Shown here piece after piece: positions 57,201 through 64,000 of a stretch of 64,000 bases of DNA (the first letter of the stretch is position 1; every line of letters starts with the position of its first letter). A program made the position numbers and the translations under genes. This DNA is from a virus (lineage: Duplodnaviria; Caudoviricetes), in IMG/VR virus record IMGVR_UViG_3300022752_003600, positions 306 to 64,305 of that record; one strand, written 5' to 3'. The notes beneath the pieces were generated by a model. It had not been told where the DNA came from. It ran no database searches and worked only from the letters and a program-made list of their open reading frames with translations.

Positions 57201-60200
57201 ACGCCCACGTGGCGTAAACAGGTCAAAGATGCGCGGCTTGTACGCGCCGTTAGGCACCGTGAACAGCTCGTCAAACTCGGCGTCGCCTGGAGCCTCGGCG
57301 CCCTCCTCGGGGAGGACCTCCGGAGTGGGTGGAACGGTGTCTCCTGCGCCTTTGAGCAGTGAGTTGATGGCGCGCTCAGAGCGGCGCTTGGCCTCCGTCG
57401 CCGTGATCTCTCCTCTGGCGAGGCGCTCAAAGTCAGCCTTGATTGAGTCATACACCCGGTCTTTTTGCGGGCTGTCTGGGACGTCGGCCATGACCTGCGC
57501 CAGCTCGTCGAGTTCTGTCGTCGGGTCAAGCTCGCCGCTCTCGATTCCATCAAAGCGCGGCAGTAGGTCGTCGACGATGCTTCTGTAGGTGTCGTCGTCG
57601 ATCTTGCTGTCGGGTTTTCGAGCCTCAAGAAGCGCGTCAACCTCGCGACGAAGCGTGAGTATCTCGTCTTTGCTCAGGAAGTTTTCTTCTCCGATAGAGT
57701 CAACGGCCTCTCGGATGTCAAGCCCCGATGGATCATCGCCAAGCTCATCCAAGACAATCTGTGCGATGCCCTTGATCTCGTCTTCTTTGGACTCTGGCAT
57801 CTCGCCTTCGGCCTCGCGCTGGGCGACCAACTCGTCGACCTTTTCGTTGAGGCGCCTGATCTTTTCTGGAGACGGTAAGACTCTGTTTACGACGTCGTCG
57901 ACCGCCTCCTTGCGGTCTTTTCCACCCACGATCTCGTCAACGATGTCATAGGCCGCTTCGTCTGGGTCAAAGTCAAAGGCGCCGAGTGCGCGAGACGGAT
58001 AGTCAGCCTCGGTGCGCATGTCATCAAACGCCGAGTCTTGCAAGATCTCGTCAAGTTCGCGCAGGTGCTGGAGAGCCTCGTTCCAGATCCCGCGGTCATA
58101 CGCGTCTTTAAACTCAGCATACTTGGCCAACGCCGCCTCGGCCTCCGGCGTACCTTTCTCTTTGAGGACAGGCACAAGTCCGCGGTTTCCTGCCGCGTCC
58201 GTCTGTTCATCTTCTGCGACGTCAATGAAGTACCCGCCGATCTCATAGACCTCAACCTGCTCGTCCTCGGACAGCATGGCGGGCGCCGCCGGAGCGCCCT
58301 CCTCGGGGAGCTCAGGCGCCTCAGGCGCGGCCATCTTCGCGGCGGCGTCATCAGCGAGCTTCGCGTAGTCAGAGTAGTCTCTGTCAAAGTTCTTTCGTGA
58401 CGCTTCGGCAAATCGCTCAATCGCAGCCCGTGCAGCCACGGCGTCTCCCGCGTCGACTGCCGTCTGGACATCTCTCAGCGCGTCACGCTGGTCAAAGTAG
58501 TATTCACTCATGTCAGGGTCACCTGACTTCAGCTCAGACCTAATCGACTCAAAGATCGACTTGGTCGACCCTGTCTTCTTGTCTCGGATGTGTCCAGAGC
58601 CAGGTCTGTTGACCTCAGCTAGGAAGCTCTTTGCCTCATCTAAGCCATCGGCTGCTGGGACCTCAGGCGCGGCTGGGGCCTCAGGCGTCGGAGTTGGAGC
58701 GCCGGCGCCTGACTTCGTGATCTTTGACAACGTGAACTGCTTTGTCTTCTCGCTGCCGACCTCGTTGCCGACGATGTTGACGTTGCCGTTCTTTGGGTTA
58801 GTCCAGTAGGAGGGCTTGCCGTCCTTCGTCACCTCTGGGAAGACGACGCGCGTCTTGCCGTTGTAGTCAAACGTGATCGGGACGTTGTCGTCGATCGCCT
58901 TTTGAAGCTGCTCGTCGAGGTCGCCGGCCGGGTCAAAGCGAAGCGCGTTTTCTGGCACCGAGACCGGCGCCTCCGGCTGCTCGCCTGGCGCCTGCGGGGC
59001 CTCGATCTTGTCGAGCGTGAATGACTTCGTGTTGCCGTCGGAGTCCTTGCCGAGGAGGTTGCGCTTGCCTGACTTCTCGCCTGTCGAGATCTTCTCTGGC
59101 GTGACGATGCGCTCCTTGCCGCCGTAGCTGAAGCGGACCTTCTTGCCGTCCTTGACGGCGTCAGAGACCTGTGACGTGATGTTCTTTGCCGGGTCAAGGT
59201 CGACGACCTCCCCCTGCGCGCCGCGCTCCTTCGCCGCCTCTGCCTCGATCAGCTTTGCGTAGTCGTCTTGGTCATCGAGCGCGCCCTTCGAGATGTCAGC
59301 CCACGAGCGGCTGCGCATGACCTCGCTGCCGGGCTTGTTTGTCGCAAAGTCAGTGCGGCGCAAGACAAGCTCGCCGTCTGATGTCTGCTCGACAAAGTAG
59401 CCGTCGGCTGAGCGCCACAGCTTAGCTGAAACTGGAGACAGCTTTTGCAGCTCCTTCGGCTTGATGGATTCCCAGCCGTCAGGCGTGTCTTTGCGCTTCA
59501 GCGTAGACGCGTCGATCGCGTCTTTGTCGACGCCTGTGATAGTGCGCTTTGCTCCCTTTACCGGAGTGATGATCGCCTTGACCCCGGTACCTTTGTTTGC
59601 AGGCAGCGAGTAGATGCCGTCTGGCAGGTCTGGGTCACCGATGACCTCGATGTCAATGTCGTTGTCGCCCGATGACCCGACGACGCGACCCGAGAGCGAC
59701 CGAAATATGTTTCCGACCTTGATGTTGAAGTTAAACCCGCCGCCCATGAACGCAAAGCGGCCTCTTAGATCACGACGCTGGAGCTGAGCGCGTATCCTGC
59801 GCGCCGCGATCGAGTTTCCGCCGATGAGGCTAAGCGCTCCGGCGACAATCGCCTCTGCGTTGTCGATCGTCAGCCAGAGCGGCACAGACGAGCGCGGTGT
59901 CGCGGCGAGTCGAGCGAACAGGTAGCCGCGCTCAGGCGTCAGGTAGTCAGCCGCGTGCGCGGCCGCGACGAGCGGCCGCAGCTCGTCATCGACGAGCGGG
60001 TCGGCCGCGTACCAGCGCGCTCGTGCGTGACGAAGCGCGCCGGCTGTCATCGAGTTCGGCTTTGCTGACATCGGGTGCCCGACCGGGAGCAGGTCAGCGT
60101 GCTTGTACGCGTCGATGACGTCCTTGCCGCGGGTCGCAAACTCGATGAACGCGTTGACCGCGCGGATCGCGCCGAAGGCGCGTGCGGCGGAGAACGGGTT

Positions 60201-60368
60201 GGCGTTCTTCTTCAGCGCGCGGTTTGCGACCTCGATCGCCGCGGCGTACGTGACGCGACGCTCAGGCTGCAGGCCGCGGTTCGCCTTGTTGACGAGCCTT
60301 GAGACCTCTGCCTGGAGGTAGTCGCGGTGCTTATGCCACAACGCCTTGCGTTTCTTAAGCTTCTTCAT
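51267..60368 (-). CDS. Giant polyvalent protein (2 WYL-like, ART-like, PI3/4K-HipA-like kinase, C-terminal ART-like domains)
   Basis: 3033-aa uninterrupted ORF; domain motifs are listed in findings. Confidence 0.8.
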   Translation of the reverse strand: MKKLKKRKALWHKHRDYLQAEVSRLVNKANRGLQPERRVTYAAAIEVANRALKKNANPFSAARAFGAIRAVNAFIEFATRGKDVIDAYKHADLLPVGHPMSAKPNSMTAGALRHARARWYAADPLVDDELRPLVAAAHAADYLTPERGYLFARLAATPRSSVPLWLTIDNAEAIVAGALSLIGGNSIAARRIRAQLQRRDLRGRFAFMGGGFNFNIKVGNIFRSLSGRVVGSSGDNDIDIEVIGDPDLPDGIYSLPANKGTGVKAIITPVKGAKRTITGVDKDAIDASTLKRKDTPDGWESIKPKELQKLSPVSAKLWRSADGYFVEQTSDGELVLRRTDFATNKPGSEVMRSRSWADISKGALDDQDDYAKLIEAEAAKERGAQGEVVDLDPAKNITSQVSDAVKDGKKVRFSYGGKERIVTPEKISTGEKSGKRNLLGKDSDGNTKSFTLDKIEAPQAPGEQPEAPVSVPENALRFDPAGDLDEQLQKAIDDNVPITFDYNGKTRVVFPEVTKDGKPSYWTNPKNGNVNIVGNEVGSEKTKQFTLSKITKSGAGAPTPTPEAPAAPEVPAADGLDEAKSFLAEVNRPGSGHIRDKKTGSTKSIFESIRSELKSGDPDMSEYYFDQRDALRDVQTAVDAGDAVAARAAIERFAEASRKNFDRDYSDYAKLADDAAAKMAAPEAPELPEEGAPAAPAMLSEDEQVEVYEIGGYFIDVAEDEQTDAAGNRGLVPVLKEKGTPEAEAALAKYAEFKDAYDRGIWNEALQHLRELDEILQDSAFDDMRTEADYPSRALGAFDFDPDEAAYDIVDEIVGGKDRKEAVDDVVNRVLPSPEKIRRLNEKVDELVAQREAEGEMPESKEDEIKGIAQIVLDELGDDPSGLDIREAVDSIGEENFLSKDEILTLRREVDALLEARKPDSKIDDDTYRSIVDDLLPRFDGIESGELDPTTELDELAQVMADVPDSPQKDRVYDSIKADFERLARGEITATEAKRRSERAINSLLKGAGDTVPPTPEVLPEEGAEAPGDAEFDELFTVPNGAYKPRIFDLFTPRGRTTESAEDYTDDPAVLASKFDAATLGRALREAVLPDGGQPASGEGLMPFDDGDELVPAEALYEALQQQGLDADMVLAGLYDSLLDEPVNADKVRQVRDDMRVGPDEAPELAPTGPKSRREEIDLARSLNRELGRPNSAQRAVDLMDEYGDETNSGIVEIASTIKETAESGGLDEENLVGLLTRYLPWSRGTAQQREAFRALWGVVMSADGGDSSGTLEDGPDLNADPASILGIVSRAIENAEGLDSVDIEDAYATLIEEYGGFPEFVAGRNRIANGEGDLDDGSTAAALYRLSRVAAAPNTVRLSRSIGVSEDDPLASTYLTVGATFPMDSRSFTENDLTGKGFASAMLFRPENNDAQFVFVAEPGDLDSFSISGVSWFGEKEHLGVGTYEVTDVKKVPDPLGRGKPKYVVTIKKSARKAEAPSEEDIFEDTRPNVDDWEMYSGQAGSNEGGFYRDPDGNEYYVKVPKSQAHAENEALAAALYELTGTPAARTLLGDSSEGTRIVSPLIPGATNELEDRLYDEDYIKKLRDGFVVDAWLANWDVAGLVYDNVMSDADGNPVRVDPGGALVFRARGAPKGGAFGDSVGELDTLRDRDLNPQNSRIFGGITDQELVDQANRLRAIEPEAVDAVVDSIVSDPEMASMLKIRLRNRRADILRRILGVDESDDMPVVTTTEKVSARELRAGDILDDGSFVVESAFVDDETPDGKISVQGYYPGGKSQRLEFGVDDVNDVARGGKTPPKGDLEPLHRPEISPDASPEEIEAWRDELARFETDKAVRAALNCGGSGLTAAVGPENGPCSVPSVDALIRKVQAKPTDSAPQEVPSKDGVDVTTQQVAKALKDAEKDVNDALQVVDEDPGVKLIVKKNAKKAADAAKDVIKRFRKGDIDADEAQAELDKVIGGLDRKNDDLDYIATEIERARDVFSGKAFEPVQDPDLPPMGATDPKTGRVLGVAKDGTTIIKPGMLVRGKNGFEGVVDRYANKSQWHGVFVIDSKTGKKINKVTWSLEPIDPSDATGGFKTWDKKAREKYEQAVEDGKLPKAEAPSGATPDEEEKLGDEILAPEPEAPTADLLEKAEEPSKDAAPVITFAEATKSEKSDLVDLTASAETIFALSTYSSTVGFTYMRNKVDDIRGKLEEGEYTLETLKKDMEELVTLARDRFDQHMEADKGFMPGVNFGSEVNDTKRQLQDAYELFQYTANERLNGTRWAPQDGTPATALPPLDILKHDPRDLSELWLSDFDAEDKKKTKYEGIASLAKLLNDDALRVTLPGKPSELADIEKVVSAMYSTGKKPSTAEESDSLYAIGLLAKRIGDATVLTKLALALRAETISELGLSKSDKFKSPDSPSAEQIAQSVVDINRLAKAVSSAASVSAAKGDRNALTLLNEADRLLVLKTRVNRMIESAKYQSYDFSHRYNSAYVKVKEREARKAPFRGGGMFDPAKPAYRDIDADPVDWSTPASPKILSIDDATQRSVAIKVQRDEEISSRTTADIVQTLGDGTDIEDMVINVVTGMAPPPGGGPQYVSKTRYQYKLTSWASDDFFKDVVGKEDSGFTVNRDQTVPNARYEPSIQIGIPGEQTLGTYTAVSYDVEWKDSDTESGTWTKTVDVDGYDVTINYVRSRNSGDAPLKAFDGFVSVDVPEGTPTQVVAKALQAGGVRDPGPGTSEALQLLIENRMVSVLGGKADPTVYVTDPARRREVLDSIFEKYGVRPEDFTVKIGSGGKVEIVGPPSLGKAIRNKTGVDLLHHTITTTNFSGGSMSNEGQQGVINGIADMLKDGQALRSSVQRALHGSRALGQSTYRDIETGGADYVFFTPSDMSSGMASHILYGENSTSGVTFVYDSETMFRRIDFYANEGDYFGFRTVPEESLEPTTDYVIGKVKRTSYEVMFKGEVSHDDIGFILVSSRDKKDALVKALEDRGVTEIGGKPIRQVVTFGISKDDEALENPIVQKYIDPAYIKFIRGTQTSKTPPQPQA

Positions 60369-61720
60369 CTACTCACCTTCGGCAAGAGGTCGGCGTCACG
60401 GCTGTCGTATAACTTTACCGCAAGTTCGCGGGCGCGACCGAACGGTTCTTCGTTGGACTCGACGGCGCGTAGCCACGCTGAGCGAAACGCCGGGATCGAC
60501 TCGTAGCCGAGGCCGGAGTACTCCGCAAACGCAAAGATCGCGTCCTCGTCACTGGCGTAGTCTTCGTGCTCACCGAGCTCGACAAGAAGCTGAGACTCGT
60601 CATATTCTTTATCTGCAAAAAGCTCTGCGATCTCGTCGACGGCCTCAGGCGCGGGGTTCTTCGCCTGGACGGCGCCGGCTGGAAAGATCGCAAAGCGGCA
60701 CTTTGCGTCATCCTCGATCTTGAAGCTGAGGATCGCGCAGGTGTCGCCTGACTGGTACAGCATGCAGTTGCTGCACTTGACACCGATCGCAGCGTCAGTG
60801 TTCTCGGCCGCGGGCTGGTACCCGACCCAGATGCCGTTCTCCTCTAGGTCAAACTTGCCGTGCGTCTCTGCGAGCTCAACGAGCGAGCGAGCGAGGTCCT
60901 GCTCAGCCGGTGTGTAGTATCCGGTGTTGCCGCCTGCTGACGCGGTCTTCGCCTTGCTGCTCTTCGGGTGCGTCCGCGGCAAGAGGTCGTTGTCCTGCTT
61001 GTAGTTTGGGTTTGACGGGCGGCCTGACCTAAGAAGCTTGAGGTACGCATTCACTCGCGCCATCGCCCATTGGTCACGGGTCTTGCCCGGACGGTGCGAC
61101 GACGAGAACGCTCCGGCGCCGCGCCGATACACGGCCTTGAGCTGCGCGAGCGTCGCCTTGCGTCCCTTGGGTGCGTTCTTGTTGTGCTCGGCGACCTTGT
61201 TCTTCAGCGCGGTCGTCGTCTTCTCAGAGAACGTGATCGTCTTGCCACCGGACGCGGAGCCCTTTGGATTTTTCTTCGAGCCGTGGATGCGGTCTTTCTT
61301 CGGAGCAGGCCGTGACGCTGCGAGCTCTGACTCTTGCGGAGACGCGTCTGCGGAGTCGACCGGCACGCAGTTTGGGACACGCTTGCCGCCCTTAATCTTG
61401 AAGCCGACCTGCTTGTAGCCGTCCCAGCACGGGCTACTTCCGGCGGCGACGATGTTTTCAGCCTCACCTGCGGTGACCAGGTCAACGTTGCCCGCGGTGA
61501 GCTCGTCGATCCCGACGAGGACGGTCCACCTGTCGGCGGTGTCCGGTCGAGAGAACAAAGAGTAGAGAAGTACGTCGGTGCCGATGGTGATGCGGCTTCC
61601 GTCGGCGGCCTCCGTCACGATAGAGCCGCGGGGAAGGCCGTCGCCGTCTGTTCCGGTGTACACGACCTTGACGGCGCCGTTCGCCTGCGTCGCGACGATG
61701 ACTTCCTTCTCGCTGCTCAT
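60365..61720 (-). CDS. Modular head-associated protein
   Basis: CWDGYKQVG...VPNCVP, LKAVYRRGAGAFSSSHRPG...WAMARVN and C..C...C...C modules typical of phage head regions. Confidence 0.75.
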   Translation of the reverse strand: MSSEKEVIVATQANGAVKVVYTGTDGDGLPRGSIVTEAADGSRITIGTDVLLYSLFSRPDTADRWTVLVGIDELTAGNVDLVTAGEAENIVAAGSSPCWDGYKQVGFKIKGGKRVPNCVPVDSADASPQESELAASRPAPKKDRIHGSKKNPKGSASGGKTITFSEKTTTALKNKVAEHNKNAPKGRKATLAQLKAVYRRGAGAFSSSHRPGKTRDQWAMARVNAYLKLLRSGRPSNPNYKQDNDLLPRTHPKSSKAKTASAGGNTGYYTPAEQDLARSLVELAETHGKFDLEENGIWVGYQPAAENTDAAIGVKCSNCMLYQSGDTCAILSFKIEDDAKCRFAIFPAGAVQAKNPAPEAVDEIAELFADKEYDESQLLVELGEHEDYASDEDAIFAFAEYSGLGYESIPAFRSAWLRAVESNEEPFGRARELAVKLYDSRDADLLPKVSR

Positions 61721-61908
61721 TCTGGCTTGTCCTCTTCTGTGGCTGGTTCCCAGTACCCGCGTGAGAGTACCGAATCTATCATGACGTCAATCTTTGAGCC
61801 GTTCTTCATCAAGACATAGCCCATCCGGCGGGCCACGCCCGTCTTGAAGCTGTCGTGCGTGTACACGAGCTTGTCTCCTCCACGGACCGCGATGACTGTT
61901 GGTTTCAT
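61717..61908 (-). CDS. 63-aa small protein coupled to the DUF3626-like gene
   Basis: ATGA overlaps at both ends. Confidence 0.7.
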   Translation of the reverse strand: MKPTVIAVRGGDKLVYTHDSFKTGVARRMGYVLMKNGSKIDVMIDSVLSRGYWEPATEEDKPE

Positions 61909-63998
61909 ACCGGTGACTCCTCAACCTTTCTATCTCCAGTGACCTCACCCGTTGCGAGGTCGACTTCTTGGCCGCGATCAAACCGAATCACGCGGACGCC
62001 GATCTTTTCGAACTTTTCCTTGATCTCGGCAAACTGCTCTTCAGACACCACGGGGTCGTGGCTAAACTCTATGGGCTCTCGCGTTACTTGAACCGCGACG
62101 TAGTCGACGTCTTGGAGCGAGACGCCGCCGTGGATCTGGGCCTCGCCATACCCGAAACCGTACATCGTCGCCTCGGGACTTGCCTCGCCAAACAGCTTCG
62201 GTTGGAGGTTCGGCGAACCCAGGCTGTCTTCGCCGGTGTATGTCGAGCGACCATGCACGTCTTTCTTCATGACAAGCTGCACCGCGCCATACTGCGCTAC
62301 TCCGCCGACTGACTGCTCGTTCATCTTTCCGCCGGATGTGAGGTAACCGTAGATCGGACGCTTGGTTGGTTCGACAGTTGGGTGGTAGCCTAACTGAGAG
62401 ATGTCGACCTTGGTGCGCGCCGTCGGGTGAAGAGCGCCTCGTGACGTGCGCGTCTCAAATTGCGACTTGAGCCGTCCGTCACCGATGACCTTGTCAACGA
62501 GCTCATACGGAACCGCAACAGCGATCCTCGCGTCTCGCAAGACCTCCGCTGAGCGCGCTTTTCGCGCCTCGTCGCCGTACTTTTTGTCGTAATACTCCGG
62601 TGTTGACGTCTTCTTGAGGTGCATGAACTCGCGGTAGTTGTCGACGTCTTCTGTGATCGCGGCGTGGATCGTCATCGCCTCTTCGTACGTAAATCCTATC
62701 TTTTCGTACTCCTCAAACACAGCCTTTTGGAGGCGTGCACGGGGAGCTTCGGTGTAGCCAGGCGGCATCTCTTCTCCCTGCGGAAGCTCGGACATCTGTG
62801 TAAACAGTCCCTTGAGCTCGTCATAGGCGGCCTGCACCGGCTCGGGGAACGTGCCGCGCTGAAGCTGGCGAAGCGGGCGGCCTGTGGCCTTGGCTTCTTC
62901 AATGTCATCAGTGGGAGTGAGCTGGGGGTGGAGCTGGGGAGTTGGCTCGGCTGGCTCGGCAGACGAGACTTCATCAGCATAGCGATTTTTTACCTCTCCT
63001 GTGTTTACGTCAAGCGCCTCGGCATCTCTTATAGGCACGACGCGTATTCCAGCTCGCGAGAGCGCCGCACTGATCTTCTCATACTCTTCTTCGCTAACTC
63101 CATTTTGCCCGCTGTCTATCTCGTCTGCAGGCCTCACAAATACAGTGGCGTAGTCGACGTCTTGGAGCGAGACGCCGCCGTGGATCTGGGCCTCGGCGTA
63201 TAACGAGTAAAAGTTATCGGGACTAACAGAAGTGGCGGCGCTCGGCACACCAAAAGGTGCCGGTTCAAGTGATGAAAACGAGATGCTATCTTCTGATGTA
63301 TATGTTGCGCGAGCTTCAACATCTTTCTTAAGCACAAGCTGTAGTTGCCCATACTGTGAAATTCTCATTAGTGAGTCTTCATCAATCTTTCCGCCGGATG
63401 TGAGGTAACCGTAGATCGGACGCTTGGTTGGTTCGACAGTTGGGTGGTAGCCGAACTGAATCGCTTCAACTCGCAAGCGTGCCCACTCAGCCACCAACCC
63501 GCCAGATGTCTGTGACTCAAATTGCGACTTGAGACGGCCGTCAGCGATGATCTTGTCCAGCACGTCTGTGCTTACCGCGACTGAGATTCGTGCGTCCTTA
63601 AGCGCGTCTTTGGCTGTTTGCAGCCTTATCTCGTCTGAGTACTGTGCGTCATATGCCTCTTTTCCCATACGCCACTTCATCTCAGCCCGCATGTGGCGCT
63701 CTTGCAAGTCGTTTTGGATCGCTTGACTGATGTCTGATACTTCGCTGTCAGTAAACCCGACCTTTGCGTACTCTGACTTGATCGCCTCTTGAAGGTCGCG
63801 TATCGGATTCGCAGTCGCCTCTTGCTTAACTCCGTCGTAGACCTCGTATCGTTCAACAAGTTCTTTCAGTACTCTGTCGTATGCGGCCTGCACCGGCTCG
63901 GGGAACGTGCCGCGCTGAAGCTGGCGAAGCGGGCGGCCTGTGGCCTTGGCTTCTTCAATGTCATCAGTGGGAGTGAGCTGGGGGTGGAGCTGGGGAGT
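61905..63998 (-). CDS. Tandem DUF3626-like repeat protein (5'-truncated)
   Basis: Two copies of GRLKSQFE...RPIYGY...YG...EAQIHGGVSLQDV; the frame stays open to the window edge. Confidence 0.75.
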   Translation of the reverse strand, partial: TPQLHPQLTPTDDIEEAKATGRPLRQLQRGTFPEPVQAAYDRVLKELVERYEVYDGVKQEATANPIRDLQEAIKSEYAKVGFTDSEVSDISQAIQNDLQERHMRAEMKWRMGKEAYDAQYSDEIRLQTAKDALKDARISVAVSTDVLDKIIADGRLKSQFESQTSGGLVAEWARLRVEAIQFGYHPTVEPTKRPIYGYLTSGGKIDEDSLMRISQYGQLQLVLKKDVEARATYTSEDSISFSSLEPAPFGVPSAATSVSPDNFYSLYAEAQIHGGVSLQDVDYATVFVRPADEIDSGQNGVSEEEYEKISAALSRAGIRVVPIRDAEALDVNTGEVKNRYADEVSSAEPAEPTPQLHPQLTPTDDIEEAKATGRPLRQLQRGTFPEPVQAAYDELKGLFTQMSELPQGEEMPPGYTEAPRARLQKAVFEEYEKIGFTYEEAMTIHAAITEDVDNYREFMHLKKTSTPEYYDKKYGDEARKARSAEVLRDARIAVAVPYELVDKVIGDGRLKSQFETRTSRGALHPTARTKVDISQLGYHPTVEPTKRPIYGYLTSGGKMNEQSVGGVAQYGAVQLVMKKDVHGRSTYTGEDSLGSPNLQPKLFGEASPEATMYGFGYGEAQIHGGVSLQDVDYVAVQVTREPIEFSHDPVVSEEQFAEIKEKFEKIGVRVIRFDRGQEVDLATGEVTGDRKVEESPV
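62099..63998. repeat. ~1.05-kb tandem duplication with perfectly identical sub-blocks
   Basis: 62827-62942=63883-63998 (116 nt), 62323-62390=63385-63452 (68 nt), 62099-62145=63149-63195 (47 nt). Confidence 0.92.
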
Positions 63999-64000
63999 GT

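Larger units (their letters stand above)
1..64000. mobile_element. Segment of a large tailed bacteriophage genome (siphovirus-like, probably actinobacterial host)
   Basis: Contiguous capsid, tail, tape-measure, PolA and recombination modules with tightly overlapping genes, two WhiB genes, and no cellular housekeeping operons. Confidence 0.95.

Overview
This window is part of a large tailed-phage (siphovirus-like) genome, most probably infecting an actinobacterium. Support: two WhiB genes, an MSMEG_6728-like gene, separate hexamer/pentamer-type capsid genes, and leaderless TANNNT promoters. From left to right there are six blocks. (1) 1-3183 is AT-rich and holds two genes built from 40-aa repeats (7 and 7+7 copies, probable 7-bladed beta-propellers); their hypervariable codons carry an adenine-mutagenesis (DGR-like) footprint. 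(2) 3173-11362 is a glycosyltransferase/methyltransferase/sulfotransferase cluster. (3) 11355-20156 holds WhiB regulators, an atypical C5-MTase and a kinase-HAD-nucleotidyltransferase-2xGT-B-dNTPase module. (4) 20259-29009 holds recombination/replication genes (SSB, Sak4-like ATPase, exonuclease, SNF2 helicase, RuvC, PolA) plus a dCMP deaminase, a dCMP-type thymidylate-synthase homologue and a dNMP kinase-UDG fusion. Blocks 3 and 4 together look like a complete glycosylated-cytosine DNA hypermodification pathway. (5) 29765-45177 holds tail and capsid genes. (6) 45298-64000 holds head-associated polyproteins: a 1442-aa protease fusion, a 3033-aa polyvalent protein (WYL-like, ART-like, kinase-like) and a tandem DUF3626-like protein truncated by the window edge. 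All family calls come from motif recognition by eye; no searches were run.
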